From Octopus vulgaris (Eukaryota), in NCBI GenBank assembly GCA_951406725.2, contig OX597816.1, forward strand, positions 32,426,001-32,490,000: a DNA stretch of 64,000 bases, read 5' to 3'. Numbering within the stretch: the first letter of the stretch is position 1; the number at the start of each line of letters is the position of its first letter. Made by a program: the position numbers and the translations under genes. The notes beneath the pieces are model-generated. The model worked only from the letters and a program-made list of their open reading frames with translations, did not search any database and was not told where the DNA came from. Below, piece by piece: positions 27,382 through 43,578 of this stretch.

Positions 27382-30300
27382 TTATGCATGTGTATATGTA
27401 CTTATGTATGTATGCATGCATGTATGTATGTATTAAGATACATATATACGAAGGTTTTACGTATTTTTCGCAACAACCTACCACATGTCACTTCAGAAAA
27501 GTACAAAGACCTTTCATATCATATTACTTCAGTTGATTAATGAAGCACTTATCGATGAAGAGATTTCTGACGCAAAGTAAGTGTGTCATCACATTGATCT
27601 GAATAATGTTCTACCTAGATATATAAATATTGTATATATGTGAAAATAAACGAGAAAATGGGTTTCCGATTGGTGAAGTGTACATCCGCGTGGGAAGATA
27701 ATTCAATGTGCCATGGACACTTTTGTCCAAATATTAGCGAACGAGAAACAGAAGGCAAAGTATATTTCGGCATTTCTCCTTTGAACTTCTATACCAGTCC
27801 ATAAACTAGTTATTTTAATTTCAGTCCTCTCCTTTGCAACATGTATGGTGTGGTGAGTAGGTGAAAGCAATTCAGTTCTATCAAAATGAAAAGAACTCGT
27901 TTGTCCTGTAATAATGGCTTGGAAGTTTGCTATCGTTTCCTAGAATGCAATAGATTCCTTACGTGAAGAGAATATCTCATTCAAGGTGTAGCCTCTTTCT
28001 TTTTAAATTTCACGTGCCTCTGTCAATCGAGATGAGGTTATATACTCTTGTTTTGTGCGAATATTATTTATATTCTTTTTGTTCTTCTTTTCTTTTGGTT
28101 GATGTCGTATTCACTCTGCTAATAAATCATCCTGATTACGCAATGCACCCTTTACACCAAATACAATATAATTTTTAGATGTTTAATTAGCAGAACCAGT
28201 TTATAGAATCGCTATTTTTTAATGCTATATATTTGATATAAGAATAACATTTTAAGCAATCTTTCACAAACAGAGAAAGGAACATTGATAAACATCCCAC
28301 CTCGCCCCAAAAAACGTGAAAGAATCATATATTTCGTTAACATAGAAATATGAATCCTGTATTGCTTACCATATGGATGGAATACTGAAATCTTCTTTAC
28401 GAAATATACACAGTTGAAAACGTTCTGTTTTTTTTCTTATTTCATAGCACTGATTAAAATTACTTAATACGTACTATTTTTTGTTAGTCATGATGTGATC
28501 TAATACAAGAGTCATCTGAGCCCTTGACAAGGCTTCAGTTATAAAGTTTGAAGAGAAAGACCGTCGGCCGCTGATATATATAGGGGTTAACACAGTGAAT
28601 AGGACTTTCATACATCAGGGTTTTCAGTTATCGTTTGGTCATGAAGATATATGAATGAGGTCTTGAGATATAGAAAAAAAATTAATTGACTTGTCTCCTT
28701 TCTGCAATGACTGAGAAAAAATGGTGAAGGTACGTTTTATCAGTTCACTAGCAATACTGGTGTGTCACTCCCACGGTCATCTATTTTGATACGCCCAAGC
28801 TGGAGTCATCCGGTATACCGATATATCATTTTTTTATCATGAGTTATAATGTCATACAACGACGGATCCTTATTTTTCGTTTATCACCTAGAAAATTTGG
28901 CTTTGGAACTGATTATTGTTATTATCAATCTTCTTTTAGCCCTGTCGAAGATAGGCAAAAATTTATGGTAGAAAAATTTATTTTCGACTGACTTGTATTA
29001 TGATGTGTATGAGTGCGCGTGGGTGTGTATTTGTTCATTTGTACGTACTAATTAAATGCGTGGTCACTTGTTTCCACCAACCCTTTTTCTTTTAGATAGT
29101 ATATTATTCTTTCTGAAACTAAACTTCTATTCTCATATTTTATTCAATATTCCTTCTTTCACGAGATACAACCGATGATGAACGGAACAAAGTAAATACA
29201 ATTGACTACGGCCCACTTGAAAAGCAAAAGAAGTTTTGGAATAGAGGAAAATGAATTGACAAATGAGATAAACAGAAAATATGACAATAAAACAAGTGCG
29301 TTTTGCCCGCGGGGACACAGATAATCATGACATAAAATTAATAATTGCAACAAAACCGCAAACTTCACAGCCTTATTCAATCTAGTAACGACAAGATAAT
29401 TGTTTGCATTACAAACGAAAATGATGTTTCAAACATTTGCCGACTCCAATGGACGAAATAAAGGTGAGAAAAAAATAATCACAAAAGCGTGTGACTTTGA
29501 CGAATTTATAGAAAGTGCACATGAATATGTTGTAACTCAGTTTCGTGAAAGTCGGAAGATATTTCCCTATAACTTTAAATTAAGTTATAAATAAAACGTA
29601 GACGATATATTGTATAATCTCTGCTGCAGAGACGAAGGTAGTGCTAATGAAAGTGAGTAGTTAGTCTACAAGATATGAAATCAAAATCAGGGCAAAATCG
29701 TACGCAAAAGGCTTGCTTACATATTGCTGCTGCAGTACAGTGACCAATGAGAAATTGAAATTACTGCATGGAACGTCGGTAGTAATTCTGATTCTTTGCT
29801 CATCGGCCATTCACCAGCACATCACGAGCCGGTAATGAGTAACCGCTGACACAGAGTGACAAAATATCACGCGAGCTATTTCATGCATGCCCTGATGAAT
29901 GCCTAATAATATAAACTCATCTATTTCTGTCCCGCCGTACGGTAGCTGATAGAAAATTGTTAAATCTTATGCATTATTGAAAAAACATTAACTTCGAAAT
30001 ATGTGGCAGTAACATCCAGTTAAGATGTGTCTTCCCAAATGAACTGCGAAGGCAGTGAATTAGTGGAAGAAAACAAGAAATATGGAACCACAAAATCAGC
30101 AAGTCCCAGAAATATATAAAAAACTAACAACTAACGGTAAAATCATCGATGCGATTGGGATAAATTTGTGTGTCCTAGGTACTGGAATTTACTATCTGTT
30201 CTCCATCTCTCAAAACTATGAGTTATTACAGAAAAGAAAGGGTATGGGGGAGGGGGCAACAAAACTCAAGGACACTAAATTATATGAAAAGGAAAATTGT

Positions 30301-30886
30301 TTTATGCTATAAATTAGATCTAAGTAGAAATTCGCCCAAATGTAAATTTTGCCTCTGATTGCAGGCATTAATGTTATGTTTTATCTATGATTCACTGATT
30401 AATGCATTAAATTATATTTTCCGTATTAATATTAATGAAAGTTAAATCAGTTAAATAATATCCAGAGCGAGTAAATAATAAAATGTTTTGGATACATGAA
30501 AATGTAATACAGTAACAATATATTCAAATTTAAATGAATCACTAGCATTCTATTTTCTTTGATTGCTTTGTTTGGATGGGGCCTTATTTATTAATGGGAT
30601 AATTCAAACCAAACTGCTATAATATAATGTCTATTTACGAATGAATTTGTATTCACATTTTGATACATTACTTAAAGAATTGACCGTTAGCGTTTATATT
30701 TAATGACGACTATTATTCATACAACTAAAATATTCAAATCAATTATTGTGATGTTTATGCTGGAAGACATAAGATCATATATTTCTAGAGAATACCAGAT
30801 GTTTATAATCAGAAATTGCGACAGTTAAAATTGGAAATTAGTTCTATAAAAGCTCTCTGTATAAATTCATTTTTATTTCTTTACAG

Positions 30887-33907
<3,021 letters not shown>

Positions 33908-33910
<3 letters not shown>

Positions 33911-36220
33911 ACATACAAGCTGCCCATTAAGCAGTACCTAGATTTACTCGGTAAAGAGATCAATAAAAATTATAGAAAAACCAATTGGAGTACCCTGAGG
34001 AAGGTAAACTTGGAAATTAAGGAAATAATATTTAAACACCGAATTCAAATGAGAACTCAGCCGCTTAGCCCTAAGCAACCCAGATTTATAGTGAAGGACC
34101 ATAAACCGAACTTCCACACCAACCCAGCGCTAAGACTCATATGCCCTGCTAGATCTGATATCGGGATAATCAGTAAGTAAATTTTAGATAAATATATCCC
34201 TAGTTTAGTAAACAAGCTGAAGCTCAGCCTCTGGGCCAACTCCTCGCAGGTAGTGAAGTGGTTCTCTTCCATCCCCAATAAGAACCGTACTAGGTTCATT
34301 CAGTTTGATATCGCCAGCTTCTACCCCTCGATTAACCCTAGTGTGCTAAATAAGGCCCTCTGGCATGCTCACAACAAGGCTGGCCTCACCAGAGAAGAGA
34401 TAGATATCATTTTAGTTGCCAGGAAATCGTTTATTAAGTTTGATAATAAGTTGTGGATCCGTAAAGATACTCCCAATGAATTTGATGTGCCTATGGGTAG
34501 TTCGGATAGTGCGCAGATAGCCGATTTGGTCGGAATATATATTCTCTACGAATTGTCCGACCAATTCCCGGAGATCGCGGGCGGCCTGTATCGTGACGAT
34601 TGTCTGTTTTACCTGCAAAACACCACGAACAGAATAGTGCAGAAAACTAAGAGCAGGTTAGCTAGGTTTTTTAATAGAATGGGCATGAGTACAGTTTTTG
34701 ATAATGAACTCACCAAGGCTAATTTCCTAGACGTTACACTTAACCTTAATAGCGACTCATACTGCCCTTACCATAAGCCTTCCACTAATTTGAAGTATGT
34801 CAGTGTCTTCTCAGATCATGCCAAAACCGTAACAGACAATTTGGTTAAAAACATCTCTCTAAGATTGTCTGGCTTGTCCGCCAGTGCCGATATTTTTATG
34901 CAGAAAGCGGAATTCTATAACGCCGCACTATCCAAGGCCGCTTATAGGCAGAAGATAATTTATATTGGTCCGGCCCTTCCGATGCCATCATTCGGTCATC
35001 AGGATAGGGCCGTATATAATAACATTAACAATTTAAGTAAGGACGGGAGCGCGGCGGATGCTGGGGTAGTCGCTCCCGCATTTAATTTAGCGAACAAGGA
35101 TAATTATCGGTCCGGGAGGTCTTACACTAACCCAAGACCCGTTATTCATCCGAGAATCACCCACCCGAATGCGAGAGCTGGCGTCCCGACCCATCACACT
35201 GATAGGAATAAGCATATATGGTTTGTAATCCCCTTTGGTAAGCAGATTAGAACTAACCTCCCCCTCATGTTTAGACAAGCCATCGCCAATAACTTCCCCA
35301 GAAATTCCAAATATTACTCCACGGTTAACTCGCATAAAGTTAGGATAGCTTTCTCCAGCACTAAAAACCTCGCCCAGATAATCGCCTCCCATAATAATAG
35401 GCTACTTACTAAGACCCTATCACCTTTTTCCGGAGGCACAGCCTCTTCCGCTCCCGGTTTAATGCTCAGTAGGAATAATTATAGTAGTAATAATGATATG
35501 AGAGCCAGTACAGTGACACATAATCTCAGCTCCAGCCAGGGAGTACCCACTAGGGGTATAGTTATAAATAGGGGTGCTGTGGTTGACGGTAACAATGGGA
35601 GTAGGGTAGAGAGCCCCAATAGCATCCCCAGCATCATTTCCCGCAATAGCAGCACCACGGGCACTAGCAATGACAGCACTCTGATAGATAGTGGAGAATC
35701 AGGGGTTATTCCTATAGTTAATAGTGACGTAGTGGAAAATAGAGTAGTAAGCGGCTGCAGGTCTCGGAACGAATATAGTGACAGGAACGCAGTTCTAATT
35801 TCAGAAACTAATCCTAGCAGAATAAGATTCACGCCGGCGAACTCCAAGATCAAAAACGCCGTCTACCAATGCAAGGTTTACACGGACTCAGATGTCTTCA
35901 CTTATGTAGGGGCCTCATCCTCAAGATTGTCTTTGCGAGTCTCCAACCATTACGCAACTTTTCGTGACATGAACAAGCGCCAGACCACGGGACTCAGTAA
36001 GCTAATATGGCGACTGAAGGATACGAACTTAAGCTAGAGGCTGGAATGGTCAATTTTGTCGGTGGCCCTCCCATTTGATAGGGGCAGAAGGCAGTGCAAC
36101 CTTTGTGTCTCCGAACTCTTCCATATTTTGTTTGCCAGAGGCCGGATGGTAAACGGGCTTTTACAGTCGGCTTTTCGATGCCCCCATTGGCGGCGTTACA
36201 CTTATCTGGCTTTTAAATAG
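33908..36220 (+). pseudogene. Penelope-like RT/GIY-YIG polyprotein in one frame with two nonsense codons (TAA 34178-34180, TAG 36035-36037); open 594-aa core at 34253-36037
   Basis: KDHKPNF..NP..RLICPARSDIG.ISK; FIQFDIASFYPSI; FDVPMGSSDSAQIADLVG; GLYRDD; NFLDVTLNL; PYHKP; AVYQC...TYVGASS..L.LRVSNH; LSKLIW.LKD; W.IL..A.PF..G.RQCNLC..E; RCPH. The natural stop is at 36218-36220. Confidence 0.92.
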
Positions 36221-36805
36221 CGTTTATAAATAATACCGGCACCCATAGCCCTTGGTAACAAATTCTGAAATAGCCTTTAAGATATCTACGATTAACCACT
36301 GCAAGGGGAATTACTCATGTAAGATAAACGGGGCTTGGTTTTTTCTCAACGGGGGGTTTCCTTGATAAGGCAGGCTTAGATGAACACACACACACATAAA
36401 ACATAAAATATATATATTTTTTTTCTGCCACCCAACGGTTCTCACTGCAGTAGCCACTGACAGCCGAACGATCAAACGCACACACGTACACAAAAAATGT
36501 TTTCTACCCCTACGCCAGCACACACATATATAGAACAGAATACACACACACGTCTCTAAGTAGATTTTTTCTCGCCCCTTATAAAACATCCAATATTCCT
36601 TAAATAGTCAGAACTTTATTCTCGGTCACAAAGAACATCTACACACCCCCACCCACATGATTGACCGATGCCTGACCCGTTAAATTCTTCAGCCACCGGT
36701 TCTCAACATACACTGATAAACAGTTTCGCCATGGGCTCTTAGGAGCCTAGTTCGATTTGTTTTGCTCCGCCTCTGTTCTGTTTTTGTTTTTTCCAACGGA
36801 TTTCC

Positions 36806-36898
36806 TATTTCTTCCTGAAGAGAAAGACACAATATGGTCCCATTATTCAATCGGATTTTGGTAAATTGTGCCTTTCGAAACACGTGTAGAATGAAATA
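36806..36898 (+). ncRNA. Type I hammerhead ribozyme (minimal stem III) in the Penelope 3' region/pLTR
   Basis: Core CTGAAGA (36815-36821) and GAAAC (36877-36881). Stem II is GAAAGACACAAT/ATTGTGCCTTTC, the stem III loop is palindromic ACGT, the GTA cleavage triplet is at 36886-36888, and stem I is TATTTCTTC/GAATGAAATA. Confidence 0.85.
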
Positions 36899-37125
36899 AA
36901 ACGATTTCTGTTCAATCTGCGTTCAGCTCTATTTCTTCAATTCACCAATAATATTTTAATTTCAATTATCCGCACCAACGCACGGTTGCAACACCATATG
37001 GTTGTACCTCCAACCGTGCTGTTTACTGCTGTGATTTTTGCTACCAAGGTATCGGTTAAACTTTTGATTAATAAACTTTTGATTAATCTACTACAAGATT
37101 ATTCATCTTTCTATTTCACATAATT

Positions 37126-37195
<70 letters not shown>

Positions 37196-37427
37196 CATAA
37201 ACATATCAAAATGAAATGGAAAATTAATTAAAATTTTCACCTCTAGTAGCGTAACGTGTAAAAATTTAATCCCAAAAGACAATGAATTAATCATAATATA
37301 TAGTGTATATTTAAACACAAGGAATCTACTCGTGAAATTCAACACGTTAGAAAGAACAGCTAGGTTCTATAACCACAAAAATGATTGTGGTTATAGCACA
37401 AGTGGATGCCTTATGTGTTGAAATGTA

Positions 37428-37469
<42 letters not shown>

Positions 37470-38106
37470 GCATGTATATGAATGTATATGTAAAATGATG
37501 CATTGCATGGCTAATTCTAAAGCGATACTACTGTTGGCCACTATAAACTAACGCACCGAATACTTTCAATAAGTAGAGGAAAATCAAAACATCACATGTT
37601 GCTAAATTGTGCACATTTTGTAATCAGCATTTAAAGTTATGTGACGAAGAAGCAACTACAAATATTATAATAACGAGGCAAACAATTTTAATCAGTGATA
37701 TACATTACTATCGACCTTAATGCTTGAGTGGTGCAGTATTTATCGAAATGGAAAGGATGAAATTTAAATTTACTCCCGTTGCGATTCTGAACTCGGAAAT
37801 TTAAGGTTATCTACTCAGAAAATATATTGCAAGGCATTTTCTTGGCATTCTTACAACTCCGACTGCTTGCCGCATATATTTCTTATTTGGATTCCTAATG
37901 AAGAGGTATTGTGGAGGGAATTTGTGGTTGCTATCAGAAACAGTAATACTCAACTAGTCCTTTCTTTCTCGGCCAGAATGTTTCAAATATATATTATTGC
38001 TGTGGCAGCAAGCGAAAGAAATAATAGTTTGGGCCCTACGAACCAGTACAATCTGAAATCAGCTGCATCATAAGAAAATGAATTCTCAGAACTGCACCTT
38101 GTTATT

Positions 38107-38603
38107 AAACTAGATTTATATATCCTAATTTGCAAAAGAATTTGTCATTGGTGTAGTTTAGCTTAATGAAAAGGCACTTGACGCATAATCAAAAAGATAT
38201 GTGTTCGAGTCTCATTCCTGGCCGCCGACCAAATTTTGTGCAAAACATGGATTGCTTATAGTGTTCATGCTATAATATTACCATTATCCTGCATTTGAGA
38301 ATAGAATTATTTCCTTATCTGTATCTTTGCTTTTAAAGCAAACTTTGTTGATTTTCAGCGTAATTTTAACTTAACGTAAGATAGCGTTTTATAAAACTAG
38401 ATATATATATATCATAAAATTTCAGACTAACTTGTCGTTGGGCAGGTTAGCTTCATGGTAAAGCACTTGACACATAATCACAGGGATGTGAGTTTGAGTT
38501 TCATGAATGACCACCGACATATTTGTCTGCAAAAGCTTGGTAGTTTATCCTGTTCATGCTATATAATTAGCATTATCGTGCGTTTCAGAACAGAATTATT
38601 TCA
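38107..38603 (+). repeat. Tandem duplication (~287-bp period), each unit containing a tRNA-Met(CAT)-like sequence
   Basis: Units 38107-38312 and 38394-38603 align throughout. Anticodon arms are TTGA-CGCATAA-TCAA and TTGA-CACATAA-TCAC, with B-box-like GTTCGAGTC and GTTTGAGTT. Confidence 0.7.
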
Positions 38604-38612
38604 AGATGTATG

Positions 38613-38671
<59 letters not shown>

Positions 38672-38754
38672 GATTGTGTGTGTGTATTGTCAGTGTATCA
38701 TAGACCCGAAAGAGAAGAACAGGTTTAGCTATAAACTAGTAGAATATTTAGATA

Positions 38755-39790
38755 ATTATGACCGGTCTATTTCGTTACCGAGGGCTACACGTCCATAAAG
38801 CGCTTAGCTCTACAGCGTTTCTTCAGATCTTAATGGTTTGTGGCTTATTAATTCTCTTCCACGTGAAGGATGGAAAGACCCAGTGTCTTCTTGCTTTGTA
38901 CACGATTAAATTATAACTGTTAAGCGCAAGACTGTGTCTCCGTTCGGTCGCTATCCATAACCGACCCGGTTATCTTGGGGATCCCATGAATTCAATCTCC
39001 TGAATCGTTTAATATCCTGTGATTGTATCTGATCTTAATAGATACAGCAACTTTCCCAACTAGTACTACGGTAGCAAGAATAGCATTATTAATTGGGAAC
39101 GGCAGAAGCTCTAACACAAATCCTGGAAGCACAATCGTTAGTGTAAATGCTAGTAATAACAACGATAATGCTACTTTTGATAACGACAACAGCAACCACC
39201 GCGGTAGCACAGATCGCAGCTCTAATAGTTATAGCAGCACTAACAGTGCCAACACGAACACCACTACTGATGACGTCATGATGTCGCTTACAGCAGTATT
39301 AACGACGCCAACACAAAACCCAATACCAACAACATCGATAGCAGAAACAGAGGAAGTGGCAGCATCAACAACAACCGAAGTCGCATTGCCAAAAGCAGTA
39401 TACGAATAGTCTTCGAATTTTCTGGAAGCACATTCAATCATCACACCTCCAATGACATATTCTAACTTAGGATTCCGGAGAGATAATACACCACATCTTG
39501 GCCAGCAATGATGCCTCAAGAACGAAGGGACTTTGTGCGTAATATCTCGGAAGGTCCTGTAAGAACGGGTCCGTACATTAACGGGAGCAAGCGTTGCAAA
39601 CTATGCATATTTGAACAGGTGAGAATATTAAAGAACTCCTTCGACTAGTGGACGGGTATCTATACCCTGTCTTCTCTTCATTATATTCCTACTGAAGTCC
39701 TGTGACTCGTAAGCTGACCGGGTCGATATCGATAACTGATGGCACTATAAGGAAGACAATAGACTCAAAACTCCTCTTTTGTTCGTATAA
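38755..39790 (+). mobile_element. Second, older Penelope-like relic: low-complexity linker and GIY-YIG C-terminus, with an inverted pLTR at its 5' side
   Basis: ALPKAVYE, then TGPYINGSKRCKLCIFEQVRILK (the PY..G.K.C.LC..E motif). 38950-39000 is an inverted homolog of 39690-39735. A degenerate hammerhead lies on the minus strand at 38755-38830. Confidence 0.65.
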
Positions 39791-40002
39791 TCACCGACTA
39801 GCCACGAAGATGTTTGGTCACTATGTATACAGATAGGGAGATATATATAGATAGATAGATAAATAAAAAATAGATAGATAGAAAGATAGATAGATAGAAA
39901 GATAGAAAGATAGATATATAGATAGATAGATAGATAGAAAGAAAGATAGATAGATACATATATTGATAGACAGATATGCAGTCAGAAATGATGTTATCCT
40001 TA

Positions 40003-40200
40003 AGACAGTGAGCTGGCAGAGTCGTTACAACGGTGAGCAAAATGTTTAGTAGAATTGTGTACGTCTTTATATTCTGAGTTCAAATTCCGTTGAGGTTGAA
40101 CTTGCTTTTAACCATTTCGGGATCGATAAAACACCTATCTCATCAGATCGGTGGTCGATGTAATTGATATTCTCCTTCTGCTGAAGATGCTGTTTTACAC
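40003..40200 (+). mobile_element. Diverged copy of the Deu/Nin-like tRNA SINE
   Basis: GACAGTGAGCTGGCAGA..GAGTTCAAATTCC..GCTTTTAACCATTTCGGGATCGATAAA, the same family as 24498-24723. Confidence 0.7.
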
Positions 40201-42354
40201 CAAAATATTACTTGCTGAATGCTATTCATTTGGATGTAAATTAGTTCCTTATGTGTTTCTCAATCGAAAGTTGTTGTGAGGGCTCTGTTTCAATGAAAGA
40301 AAATCCTGCAAACATAGAAAGTTGGTAAATGCAATGTAGCTATCACTTTAGCCTTTCACACCAAAGTTTTACGTTTGAAATGTGTTATATTCTACAATTC
40401 CCTTGTTAACGCTTTATTTTTTTCAGGGCAAAATGACACTTGATATTTCTACTTTGAGCATTGCTGTTCGTGATTTTTGTTACAGTGTTAATGTGATAAA
40501 AGCTTTTCATATTATTTCCTACATCAACAATACGTTAATGAGCTTATTGGATACCATTTCGTGAATGAAACAATTTCTATTTATTTATAGAGCAAAATGT
40601 CATAGTAAGGAAGTTAAAATGCCACAATTTTATTTTTTAACATATATTCCCTAACGCAGTATCATAATCAATAAATATCAGTTCACAAAATTGTTGATGA
40701 AATTTTTCCAATTTTTTTATACAACATTTACACATTCAAAAATAAGAATATTTAAAATAAGAATATTTAAAAATAAGAAATATAGAAAAATATAATAATT
40801 GAATTCCCAACAGTATTTACATTAAACTTGTAACAACAGGACTTATAAATATTAGTATCAATCTTCAGGTTTGCTTATTTTTTTTTTATATTCGCTAGCG
40901 GTCAATTCCTTAAGTAAGGTCTCAAAAGCTTAATTTTTATTCATTTAAATTTATAATTCCAAAAATATTTTAATATGTGGAATCTAGGCCAATTTAACAT
41001 TCGTCAGTATATAACAAAACTTTTCAATGATTTAAATCATTCTCATCCCCAACGCCAGTTACTGGCTACTAAAGTGACGATGCAGCCTGCTACAAAAGCA
41101 GAAATTAAGAAAAAAGATATTATTAATCCATATTAATCTAGACGTGAAATAAAAAAAAATTTAGAACTCCACTGTAAAATGAAAATAGACCTAGTTAGTT
41201 TGGAGAACATAAATTAAATTGTTATTTGATTTCAAATCATGCATGTCGAATGCCATAAACAGATACAATATGCAGGATGTTCAAACTGAAAAAAACAAGA
41301 AAACTATGAGCTGTTTGTTGAAATTGAAGGACCTTCATTGTTGGATGGGGGAATATCTACGTATTACATGTAAAAATGTAAAATCTTTCAAAGATACGAT
41401 CACAAAAATATTTATCCTAGGTGAGGCACTAAACGCAGCAACTTCATCTGGTAACTAATGTAGTAATACATTCCTTATCTACACACATTTATCTTTAAAA
41501 ACCAATGTTTATTAAATATAAAATAGTACTTACATATCAAGGCTCATCTAAATCACGGAGTGGATGCTTTTTCAATGTTCTTCATTATACATTCGCTCAT
41601 CAACAAAGAAGTAACCAAATAAACGATTGAATGAAAATGTTGTTCAAAATAAAAGGAAAAAATAAAAGTTCCTACAATCATACTGATGAAAAGAACAAGG
41701 GAAAGGGCATATAGCTGTCATATCACAATAGAAACTTCAGCTTACATGCAGAAGTTAAGAAGCCGCAACATCGAATAATAATTGTTTCATTGCTCTATTT
41801 CTTTGTTCCTGGAAGGCGATGTCCATCGCATCACACTAACTGCAATAGTGTTTATACAATTACGGTAAAACAAAAATTGTAGTATATACATTCCTATTAC
41901 CTACAATATACGGTTTCATCTGACATAACGAAATCATATGATTTCAGATAAATTATATCCGAAAATTACAGTCGAGGATGGTCAATAAAAATCACATAAG
42001 ATGGCATTACATCAGATTCTACACACAGAACAATTGACAAAAAAGACAACAAACGTCATCTAATATCGGTGTGTTACTGAAATAGTTTATATTGCATAAT
42101 GTTTATCTCAGCGTCAAAGGAGCTAACGAAATGTGAGTGAATACTATGAAGCACTATTAGCAGCAGTTACCTAGACTTGCTATGAGTATTAAAATAACAG
42201 GGAGCCAAATGTGAACAACTGCAGCGGCAATATTCTGTTTTCTAATAAGCACAATAGAAGCCTATTATTTATTTCACGCCACCAAATGCAGCGGTGTATT
42301 TCAACAGTAGAAAAAATTCAAGGTATTTATATCTTATCTCATGTTCTTATTGTA

Positions 42355-43219
42355 TTGGGCCATCCCATAAATAATTTGTATTTTAAATTGTATAAACAAA
42401 AAGTTGGAGTGTGTACCTTACTTGTATCAACTTGCTAAAAAAGCATGTATTAATGTTAACTTGCGCTTTTTCTTAGTGCAAGTGTTGAAATGTGCAGCAC
42501 GATTTTAATATATTTTTCCAAGCTATAATAGAAGTGAAAAACGAGCATGATCGGCATATTTTGCTTTGTGAGCTCAATAAATTCTACAAGGAAAGGGAAA
42601 GTGCGAGAAATATAAATGGAGATTATGGGAATCGGACAATAAGCTTAAGCCAGTGGCAATGGTGGTTCCCAAAATTCCAAGCCGCACGCTACAGCTTAGA
42701 AAACGAGCCCCGTCCTGGAAGATATGTAGAGCACGACTAGGACGTACTGCAAACACTGGTAGAACGGAATGCCATCGTAACTATTGAGGGACTGGCAGAG
42801 AAGCTTGGATTGTGATGGCCAAATTCGGTTTCAAGATGAAAGGTGATCTTCCATCAGGATAATGCTCGGTCACATACAGCGAGTATGACATTCCGAAGGC
42901 CGGAGTAGTTTGAGGGGTAAATAATTCCCCACTCACCACACTGAACCGAACCCTCTGATTATCATTTATTCCGCAGTCTTCAAATTCAGTCATACAGAAA
43001 AAAATATGAATTATGTATACGAAGCCAGAACAGTACTAGAGGAGTATTTCTCGTCACGGAAAGTGAATTTGGGAAAAGGGGCCTTGAAAGGCTGTTAGGA
43101 AGAGCATTCTAGAAAATGTAGGCGAGTATGTTTTTGATTGGAAAACAACTTTTTTTTAATCTTAAAATTGGAAAAATGAAATAAGTAAAAAAAAGGGCAT
43201 TACTTATGGGATGACCCAA
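42355..43219 (+). mobile_element. Internally deleted mariner element with TIRs and TA TSD
   Basis: TA|TTGGGCCATCCCATAAATAAT ... TTACTTATGGGATGACCCAA|TA. Peptides EHDRHILL.E.NK....ESARNIN..YG..TIS..QWQWWF.KF....YSLENEPRPGR, HQDNARSH and PSDYHLF. Confidence 0.9.
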
Positions 43220-43283
43220 TATAGTATCCTTGTTTTGATTCTTGTTGATTTTCTGCAGGAGCAAGAAAACACCATACATGCCA

Positions 43284-43322
<39 letters not shown>

Positions 43323-43491
43323 CGTGTGTGTGTGTGTGTGTGTGTGCGTGTGTGTGTGTGAGAGTGCGTGTGTTGTGTGCTTGCACCTGCGTATATGCTA
43401 CAGAAAATCACCGTGAAGGAAAATAAAGATAATATATTGGGTTATCGCATTGATAATGGGGTGATTTAATGCTTATTTAATTTTTCAAATG

Positions 43492-43575
<84 letters not shown>

Positions 43576-43578
<3 letters not shown>

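Noticed and set aside
35479-35853. Hydrophobic antisense ORF inside the Penelope element (possible membrane protein)
   Set aside because: It is the expected mirror of Ser/Asn-rich sense codons (AGT/AAT/AGC), with no other support.
34178-36037. Programmed readthrough or selenocysteine recoding of the Penelope stops
   Set aside because: The stops are TAA and TAG, not TGA, and fall at non-Cys positions. Simple nonsense mutations explain them.
39023-39409. 128-aa Ser/Thr/Asn-rich ORF as a secreted host protein
   Set aside because: It runs into GIY-YIG-type motifs and is better explained as a Penelope linker.
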